Source of the DNA: Desulfobulbus propionicus DSM 2032
GTDB taxonomy: Bacteria; Desulfobacterota; Desulfobulbia; Desulfobulbales; Desulfobulbaceae
Assembly (NCBI RefSeq): GCF_000186885.1
Contig: NC_014972.1
Location: 1,020,001-1,052,000 of the forward strand
Length of the DNA: 32,000 nt
Direction: 5' to 3'
The translations under genes were made by a program, and so were the position numbers. Positions 25,828 through 32,000 of the stretch are shown here, in pieces (position 1 is the stretch's first letter; each line of letters begins with the position of its first letter). The notes below the pieces were generated by a model that was not told the origin of the DNA, searched no databases, and saw only the letters and a program-made list of their open reading frames with translations.

Positions 25828-27903
25828 GTGAAGAAATTGTTTCGCCAATGCGATTCGATGCGGCTGGCTCTAGCGGCTACTCTTTTTTTGTTGTTTGTTC
25901 TTGCCGCGGTCAACGCCAGGGCTGTTCCCATGCAGTCGTTGGATGCAACCGGGGATGCCGTGGAACTCAGCGTTGAGGTGGAAAAGGATCCGGACAGTTT
26001 CATTGACTTGATGAAACAGGAATTCGCACGGGGCAATATCGACAGCGCCGGCTATTTTGCGGAACAATTGGTGCCACTGCGACCGCAAGAGGCAGACGTG
26101 CACGCGATCTATAGCATTTCGTTGGCGGCCACCGGCAAGAACGCGGAAGCGCGCGAGCAACTCAACGCCGCGAAACGGCTGGGGCCAGATACTCTTTTCA
26201 CCCTGGCCGCTGAGGCGATCATCCTCCAGCGGGAAAAAAATTACACTGAGGCGATAAAGAAATGTGAGCAGGCGATAGCCTTAAACGCAACCCACCCCTA
26301 TCCGCGCAACATCCTGGGAAGAGTGTATGCCGACATGGGACATCATGCAAAAGCACTTGATTGTTTCCAAAAGGCAGTGGAGTTGAAAGTGGATTTTCTT
26401 CTCGGGTACATCAATCTCGGTGCTGTGTCCTATCTTACCGGTGATTATGAGCGATCCATCGCCTCGTTTTCCAAAGCCATCGAACTGAACCGCAACGCAT
26501 ACGCCGCCCATTATGGCCTTGGTGTTGTTTATGAAACCTTGGGAAAAAACAAAGAGGCCATGCAGGCCTTGCAAAAAAGCCTGGAATTGCGTCCCGGCAA
26601 TGCCTCTGCCCTGGAGACATTGGGTAAACTACAGTTGAAGGAAGGGTTGATTGAAGCCGCCTTGCAGACCGGCAATGAAATGGCGAGCAAGAATATGGAT
26701 GGCGCTTTCGTGCTGCTTGGGGATGCGTTGCTTCAAGCCGGGAAGACGGACGAGGCTATCGCATCGTTGAAAAAAGCACCACAGGGCGGAGCCGAAGTGC
26801 CCTATCTGCTTGGTTACTGCGAAATGGTCCAAGGTCGATATGAAGCGGCCGAAAGACTGATGGAAGACGTCTTGAAAATTGATCCCCGCCATTTTGGCGC
26901 ATACAGCGCCAGAACGGCCTTGAAATTGTATCTTGGGAAACCGATCGATCCCAAAAAGGAGTTGGCCAATCAGTGGGACCCTGCCATCGGGAAACTGCTT
27001 CATTTCACCGCCGGATGCCTGGCCGCCACCGAAAAACGGTGGCCGGATGCGCTGAAGGAATTTCAATCCTCTGAAGGGATGATTAACGGATATTCATTGG
27101 CAGGGATTGACCCAAAAACCTTCACCGCAGGGATCAATGAAAAGGAAGGACGATATTTGAACCTTGGTGTGCTGTATTATTTCAAAAGGCTCTTTCCCCA
27201 GAGCTTGAGCGAATTTTCCAAGGCCATCGAGATCAATCCTCGTTCCCTTCTCGGCAATTATTGGGCGGCTCAAGTCTGTTTGCAGAAGAAAGATCGTGCC
27301 CAAGCCATGCAATTTTTCACGAGCGCGGTGCAAGAAGCCCCCAAATTCTTTGCAGCCCTCTATGCGCTCGGCGAATTGCATTTCATGGCTGGAAAAGTTG
27401 ATGCGGCCGCAGACTATTATCGTCAGGCGGTGAACGTACACAAGGATCCGGGTCTTTTGATCAAACTTGGCCTGCATGCTGAGCAAACCGGCAACAACGA
27501 GGATGCGGCAAAATATTATCAGGAAGTCATCGACACCTTTCCGACTTTTTTTGTCGGCTATAATCAACTGGCTTGGTTATACGCCAAGCGGGGCGTTGAG
27601 TTGGATACGGCCATGCGCTTGGCACAAAAAGCGGATGAGCTTCAACCAGGCAATGCCAGCATTCTCGATACAATCGGGTGGATCCACTTTCAAAAGAAAA
27701 AGTTTGACGCAGCTGCTTCCCACCTCGAGAAAGCTCTCGAAAGCAACCCGAATAATCCAACAATTCTTTATCACCTAGGACGCACTCTCCTGGCTCAGGG
27801 GAAGAGCGATGCCGCCATGGGCCATCTGCGTCGCGCTCTTGAGTTGTCACCGAAGTTTGAGGGGGCAGAGGACGCGCGAAAATTGCTGGGGAAGGAGCAA
27901 TAA
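25828..27903 (+). CDS. Secreted/periplasmic tetratricopeptide-repeat protein
   Basis: Multiple TPR units, e.g. AKALDCFQKAVELKVDFLLGYINLGAV, IASFSKAIELNRNAYAAHYGLGVVYETLG, AASHLEKALESNPNNPTILYHLGRTLLAQG. GTG at 25828 with GGAGGAG upstream gives signal peptide MKKLFRQCDSMRLALAATLFLLFVLAAVNARA. Confidence 0.85.
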   Translation: MKKLFRQCDSMRLALAATLFLLFVLAAVNARAVPMQSLDATGDAVELSVEVEKDPDSFIDLMKQEFARGNIDSAGYFAEQLVPLRPQEADVHAIYSISLAATGKNAEAREQLNAAKRLGPDTLFTLAAEAIILQREKNYTEAIKKCEQAIALNATHPYPRNILGRVYADMGHHAKALDCFQKAVELKVDFLLGYINLGAVSYLTGDYERSIASFSKAIELNRNAYAAHYGLGVVYETLGKNKEAMQALQKSLELRPGNASALETLGKLQLKEGLIEAALQTGNEMASKNMDGAFVLLGDALLQAGKTDEAIASLKKAPQGGAEVPYLLGYCEMVQGRYEAAERLMEDVLKIDPRHFGAYSARTALKLYLGKPIDPKKELANQWDPAIGKLLHFTAGCLAATEKRWPDALKEFQSSEGMINGYSLAGIDPKTFTAGINEKEGRYLNLGVLYYFKRLFPQSLSEFSKAIEINPRSLLGNYWAAQVCLQKKDRAQAMQFFTSAVQEAPKFFAALYALGELHFMAGKVDAAADYYRQAVNVHKDPGLLIKLGLHAEQTGNNEDAAKYYQEVIDTFPTFFVGYNQLAWLYAKRGVELDTAMRLAQKADELQPGNASILDTIGWIHFQKKKFDAAASHLEKALESNPNNPTILYHLGRTLLAQGKSDAAMGHLRRALELSPKFEGAEDARKLLGKEQ

Positions 27904-27948
27904 GTTGGCAGTATCAATTGCGTGGCTGTTTTTGTGATCATCGAGCAA

Positions 27949-27977
27949 CGCCTGACCCTCTTCGGTCAGGCGTTTTT
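27949..27977 (+). terminator. Rho-independent terminator after the TPR gene
   Basis: CGCCTGACC-CTCTTC-GGTCAGGCG followed by TTTTT. Confidence 0.85.
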
Positions 27978-28089
27978 GCTTTGTGGCCGCAAATCTCCTT
28001 GCACTCTTTGACCGAAAAGAGACGTTGTATATGCCGGTACAGCAAGAGGGAAATTTGCAACGATGTCTCGGGGATTGTTGAGCTTTTCC

Positions 28090-28119
28090 TTGACAAAATG
28101 CGGTGATTTGCTTTACGAT
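28090..28119 (+). promoter_or_regulatory. Candidate promoter upstream of serA-like gene
   Basis: TTGACA (28090-28095), 18-nt spacer, TACGAT. The -10 match is moderate only. Confidence 0.3.
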
Positions 28120-28310
28120 TTCGCGTTTTTTATGCCTGCTGCGGAATGTGGTTCCGTCACTTTGCTGGTATTCCGTGCTATTGTTGTGTTGCCTCCCCGA
28201 GTCTGAAGGCTGCGAACCGAAAAACGGGTTCGAAAATCGGGCTTGCGGGAAAGGTTGATCACTTTTAATTGTTTCCCTCATCTTGCCTCTCTCTCAACAA
28301 GGACGAAACC

Positions 28311-29513
28311 ATGAAGCAATTCAAAATCAAGACCATCAACGCCATTGCCAAGGAAGGATTGAAGCTGTTTGGCACTCGATTTGCCGTCAGCCCGGATGAG
28401 GCGGCGCCCGAGGGCATCGTGGTCCGCAGTTCCAAGGTGGATCTCTCCCTGTTTCCCGAGCTGCTGGCGGTGGCCCGTGCCGGTGCCGGAGTCAACAATA
28501 TCCCGGTGGAAGAGGCCACGGAGAAAGGCGTTTGCGTGTTCAACACCCCCGGCGCCAATGCCAACGCCGTGGTCGAGCTGGTGTACACGTCCCTTGGTAT
28601 CTGGCTGCGCAATGTCGAGAAGTCCATCGAGTTCTGCCAGGGACTGACCGGCATGAATGACGAGGAGATCAACAAGGAAGTCGAGGCTCGCAAGAAGAAG
28701 TTCAAGGGCGAGGAAATGGCCGGCAAGACCCTGGCGGTGTTCGGTCTGGGCAAGATCGGTGTCGGCGTCGCCAATGCGGGCTTGCACCATGGCATGCGCG
28801 TTCTCGGCTTTGATCCGTTTCCGGCCCTCGACAACATCCACCACCTCGCCCCCGAGGTCACCTTGGCCCGCTCACGCAAGGAGGCCTTGGCCGATGCCGA
28901 TTTCATCTCCATCCACATGCCGCTCAACAAGAACACCCGCGGCTATGTGACCGAGAAGGATTTTCTCGAGTTCGTCAAGGACGGGGCAGTGCTGATCAAT
29001 TATGCCCGTGGGCCGATTGTTGACGAGGATGCGGTCCTGGCCTCCCTGGCCAGCGGCAAGCTCAGGGGGCATATCTCCGATTTTCCCTCGGTTAAATTTC
29101 TTGGTCACGAGCAGATCCTGGTGACGCCGCATCTTGGCGCCTCCACCGCCGAATCCGAGGAGAACTGCGCCACCATGGCGGTGCGCGAGCTGAAGAACTA
29201 TCTTGAATTCGGCAATATCGTCCATAGCGTCAACTTCCCCAACATCGAAACCATTCCCACGGTCGATGTCCATACCCGCCTGACCGTGATCAACCGCGAC
29301 CAGCCGGGAATGATCGGCATGATCAGCAACATCCTGGGAGCCGAGCGGATCAACATCATGAACTACACCAACAAGAGCAACGGGACGGTTGGTTACAACA
29401 TCATTGATTGCGCCGGCCCGGTTTCGGAGGAGGTGCAGACAAAGATCGCCCAGCAGGACGGAGTATTGCGGGTGCGGGTGATTCCCTTGGAGATCAAGGG
29501 ACGCGTTGACTGA
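28311..29513 (+). CDS. serA: D-3-phosphoglycerate dehydrogenase (NAD-binding 2-hydroxyacid dehydrogenase with C-terminal ACT domain)
   Basis: AVFGLGKIGVGVANAGLHHGMRVLGFDPF, ARGPIVDEDAV, ILVTPHLGASTAESEENCA, ACT segment LTVINRDQPGMIGMISNILGAERINI. ATG at 28311. Confidence 0.88.
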   Translation: MKQFKIKTINAIAKEGLKLFGTRFAVSPDEAAPEGIVVRSSKVDLSLFPELLAVARAGAGVNNIPVEEATEKGVCVFNTPGANANAVVELVYTSLGIWLRNVEKSIEFCQGLTGMNDEEINKEVEARKKKFKGEEMAGKTLAVFGLGKIGVGVANAGLHHGMRVLGFDPFPALDNIHHLAPEVTLARSRKEALADADFISIHMPLNKNTRGYVTEKDFLEFVKDGAVLINYARGPIVDEDAVLASLASGKLRGHISDFPSVKFLGHEQILVTPHLGASTAESEENCATMAVRELKNYLEFGNIVHSVNFPNIETIPTVDVHTRLTVINRDQPGMIGMISNILGAERINIMNYTNKSNGTVGYNIIDCAGPVSEEVQTKIAQQDGVLRVRVIPLEIKGRVD

Positions 29514-29799
29514 AGTGGGTAAAAAATATCCAGTTTTTATTCGCAAGTCAGGTGGGATGTATAAAAATGTTGATCTTTTAACTTATTGATGTGACGAATT
29601 TTTATTTTTTCTTTTTTCTTCATGGCTAGGGATGATTAAAAATATTGAACTTTTTTCTCTTGGCCAATGGCGGAAAGCACTGGAAGGAAGAAGTGTATCT
29701 CTTTGTTATCGTTATTTCTTTTTTTTTGACGAGAGCGGACTGAAAAACGGCATGAAGCATGCTAATAGTTAAGCAATTCTTCATCTCTTCTCTCCTTTT

Positions 29800-29837
29800 C
29801 CGGCTTGGTTCCTCGATGGATCAAGCCGGTTTTTTTT
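29800..29837 (+). terminator. Rho-independent terminator-like hairpin abutting the DUF362 start codon
   Basis: CCGGCTTG-(14 nt)-CAAGCCGG followed by eight T residues, ending 5 nt before ATG 29843. Confidence 0.8.
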
Positions 29838-29842
29838 GAAGG

Positions 29843-30775
29843 ATGCAACTCTCCAGCCCCAACGTCGCCTTGATGGCGCACCCGACCTACGAGCAGTCAC
29901 TGATGGCGGCGGTCGATCGACTGCTTGTCCCGTGCTTTGCCGGGGTGAATCTACGTGGCGCGCGGGTTGTGCTCAAGCCCAACCTGATCACCACCACCAA
30001 TGGCCATCTGTCCTGTACCGATGGCCGGTTGATCGAGGCGGCGGCGGCGTGGTTTCTGACCCAGGGGGCTCGGGTGGGGGTCGGCGATTCCCCCTCCTTT
30101 GGGAGCGCGCGCGCGGTGCTCGCGGCCATCGGCGCCTTGCCGAGGTTGCAGCGACTCAGCGTGCCGATTGTCGAATTTCGGCACAAACGGCCGATCAAGC
30201 TGCCGAGCGGCCGGGAAGCACCCTTGGCCACGGCGGCCCTGGATTGCGATTTTCTGGTGAATCTGCCGAAAATCAAGGCTCATTCGCAAATGCGCCTGAC
30301 CCTGGCGGTGAAGAATTATTTCGGCTGCGTGCTGGGGTTCCACAAACCCTGGTGGCACATGATCCATGGCGGTAGCCACGAACCTTTTGCCCGGCTGCTG
30401 GTGGATCTGCTGACCGTTCTTCCACCCGGCTGTTCCCTGGTGGACGGGATCATGGCCATGCACGGCACCGGTCCCATCCATGGTGGCCCCTACCCCCTGG
30501 GGCTGCTTGCGGCGGCAACCAATCCCGTGGCGGTCGATACCGCGCTGCTGGCCGTGCTGGGGGTTGATCCTCGGCGCTGTCCGCTGTGGTTGGCGGCCCA
30601 TGGGGCAGGAATCAGGGGTACCAGGGAGGAGGAACTGTCCTTTACGCTGCTTGCCCCTGGTGCGTTTGCGGTGGACGATTTCATTGTTCCCGAGGAGTTG
30701 GCCCCGGTGCGCTTCAATCCCGTGCGGTTCGTCAAGAGTTCGCTGCAACGGGCGCTGCTCCGTGTGCTTGGCTGA
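29843..30775 (+). CDS. DUF362 domain-containing protein
   Basis: ARVVLKPNLITTTNGHLSCTDGRLIEAAAAWF...VGVGDSPSFGSARAV...FLVNLPKIKAHSQMRLTLAVKNYFGCVLG...DGIMAMHGTGPIHGGPYPLGLLAAATNPVAVD matches the DUF362 pattern. No Cx2Cx2Cx3C ferredoxin segment seen. Confidence 0.82.
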   Translation: MQLSSPNVALMAHPTYEQSLMAAVDRLLVPCFAGVNLRGARVVLKPNLITTTNGHLSCTDGRLIEAAAAWFLTQGARVGVGDSPSFGSARAVLAAIGALPRLQRLSVPIVEFRHKRPIKLPSGREAPLATAALDCDFLVNLPKIKAHSQMRLTLAVKNYFGCVLGFHKPWWHMIHGGSHEPFARLLVDLLTVLPPGCSLVDGIMAMHGTGPIHGGPYPLGLLAAATNPVAVDTALLAVLGVDPRRCPLWLAAHGAGIRGTREEELSFTLLAPGAFAVDDFIVPEELAPVRFNPVRFVKSSLQRALLRVLG

Positions 30776-30853
30776 GGAGCAGTCGATGGAAGGTGTTTAA
30801 TTGCAACGCATAATCAGCCGCCTGTGGCGGCGTCATAGACCAAGGAAGAGTAT

Positions 30854-31606
30854 ATGATTGATTTACAAGGAAAAGTGGCTCTGGTGACCGGCGGCTCGCG
30901 CGGGATCGGCAAATCTTTGGCGCAGCGGCTGGCCGCTCGGGGTGCCGAGGTGGTGATCAACTATGTCCGCCACCGGACCAATGCCAATGAGGTGGTGGCA
31001 GAGATCGAAAAGAGTGGTGGCCGGTGCGTGGCGCTCCGGGCCAATCTGGCCGACGAGGACGATATTGCCGCCATGTTTGCGGAGATCCGCAGCCGGTATT
31101 CCCGCCTGGATATCATCGTGTCCAATGCCGCCTCCGGTGTGCTCAAGCCGGTGGCCGAGTTGCGGGGGCGCCATTGGGATTGGGCGGTCAATATCAATGC
31201 CCGCGCCCTGATGCTGATCACCCAACAGGCCTTGCCGATGATGACCGCTGGCGGCCGGATCATCGCCATCTCGTCGATCGGCGCGGTCCGCGCCGTGTCC
31301 AACTATACCGTGGTGGGCGCCTCCAAGGGGGCTTTGGAATCACTGGTCCGCCATTTGGCAGTGGAACTCGGCCCCCTGGGAATCACCGTCAATACGGTCA
31401 GCGCCGGAGTCGTGGAGACCGATGCGTTGAAGAAATTCCCCAATCGGGAAGAGATCATCGCCACGGCCATGGCCCGCACGCCGCTGGGCCGCCTGACCCT
31501 GCCCGAGGATGTGGCGAACCTGACCCTGTTTTTGTGCAGCGACATGGCCAGCATGATTCATGGCCAAACCCTGGTGGTCGATGGCGGCTACGCCATTCAT
31601 GGGTGA
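30854..31606 (+). CDS. fabL: Short-chain dehydrogenase/reductase, FabL-like enoyl-[ACP] reductase candidate
   Basis: TGGSRGIGKSLAQRLA Rossmann motif, Y-x6-K active site in NYTVVGASKGALESLVRHLAVELGPLGITVN, and TDALKKFPNREEI...GQTLVVDGG, closer to the FabL pattern than to a typical FabG. Confidence 0.72.
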   Translation: MIDLQGKVALVTGGSRGIGKSLAQRLAARGAEVVINYVRHRTNANEVVAEIEKSGGRCVALRANLADEDDIAAMFAEIRSRYSRLDIIVSNAASGVLKPVAELRGRHWDWAVNINARALMLITQQALPMMTAGGRIIAISSIGAVRAVSNYTVVGASKGALESLVRHLAVELGPLGITVNTVSAGVVETDALKKFPNREEIIATAMARTPLGRLTLPEDVANLTLFLCSDMASMIHGQTLVVDGGYAIHG

Positions 31607-31824
31607 GTGTTTTTCAAGAGCCGCCAGCAAAACTCGAAACAGCAGATGGCTGTCAAATAGAGCAGAACGGCGGTGACCAGCGAGGGCCAGCCAACCGCCG
31701 TACTGTGACACCACTGCTGAATCGGCCGAAATAGAGCGGCGCCGAATCCGGAGGCGTGCAACATCCAGAATCCGGGAAAAGTGCATCCAACGATCAGGTA
31801 AAAGCCGCGACGGAGAAGGGCCAT
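31597..31824 (-). CDS. Possible small membrane protein (75 aa)
   Basis: MALLRRGFYLIVGCTFPGFWMLHASGFGAALFRPIQQWCHSTAVGWPSLVTAVLLYLTAICCFEFCWRLLKNTHP shows two hydrophobic stretches. It is convergent with the fabL-like gene, overlapping its last 10 nt. No strong Shine-Dalgarno. Confidence 0.3.
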   Translation of the reverse strand: MALLRRGFYLIVGCTFPGFWMLHASGFGAALFRPIQQWCHSTAVGWPSLVTAVLLYLTAICCFEFCWRLLKNTHP

Positions 31825-32000
31825 GGGGTGTCAGCTGGGGTTGTGGGAACGGGAGAATTATGACGATACGTCCTTGACTATAAGCCGAAGGCGTGGCCAC
31901 GCTCAATCCTTTTTACGGAAAAGACCGTCCCCAGGTCGCGTTCCGGGAATTTGCGTTGAATAGTTTTGCGTAAGCATGTATTTTTCGTCTTTTTTATTTC

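Noticed and set aside
27847-28281. Minus-strand 144-aa ORF between the TPR gene and serA
   Set aside because: It overlaps the TPR gene end, crosses its terminator and the serA promoter region, and has no domain-like features.
31891-31902. Palindrome GCGTGGCCACGC near the right edge
   Set aside because: Short and isolated; expected by chance and not tied to a recognisable gene start.

Overview
This 32 kb window looks like an ordinary, mostly GC-rich bacterial chromosome segment. Gene content and style are suggestive of a Desulfobulbus-like deltaproteobacterium, but this is inference only. It is mostly conserved housekeeping genes: lysS (partial), an RlmD/RumA-type rRNA methyltransferase, an NtrC-family sigma-54 activator, a GAF/PAS/GGDEF/(degenerate EAL) protein, a class I/II aminotransferase, grpE-dnaK, trpS, a secreted cyclophilin-FKBP fusion isomerase, a WaaA-like Kdo transferase, carA-carB, ftsH, folP, a serA-like dehydrogenase, a DUF362 protein and a FabL-like SDR. 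From about 22.5 to 28.3 kb there is a visibly more AT-rich, gene-sparse stretch. It carries two PEP-CTERM surface proteins (a choice-of-anchor-L type and a vWA type) followed by a secreted TPR protein. The most distinctive non-coding signal is a perfect 20-bp inverted repeat resembling a REP element between ftsH and folP. Two terminator-like hairpins also sit almost directly against the start codons of folP and the DUF362 gene. I found no CRISPR array, recognisable transposase, phage genes, known defence system, rRNA or tRNA, and no convincing complete novel system. Most long opposite-strand ORFs in the supplied track are shadow ORFs.
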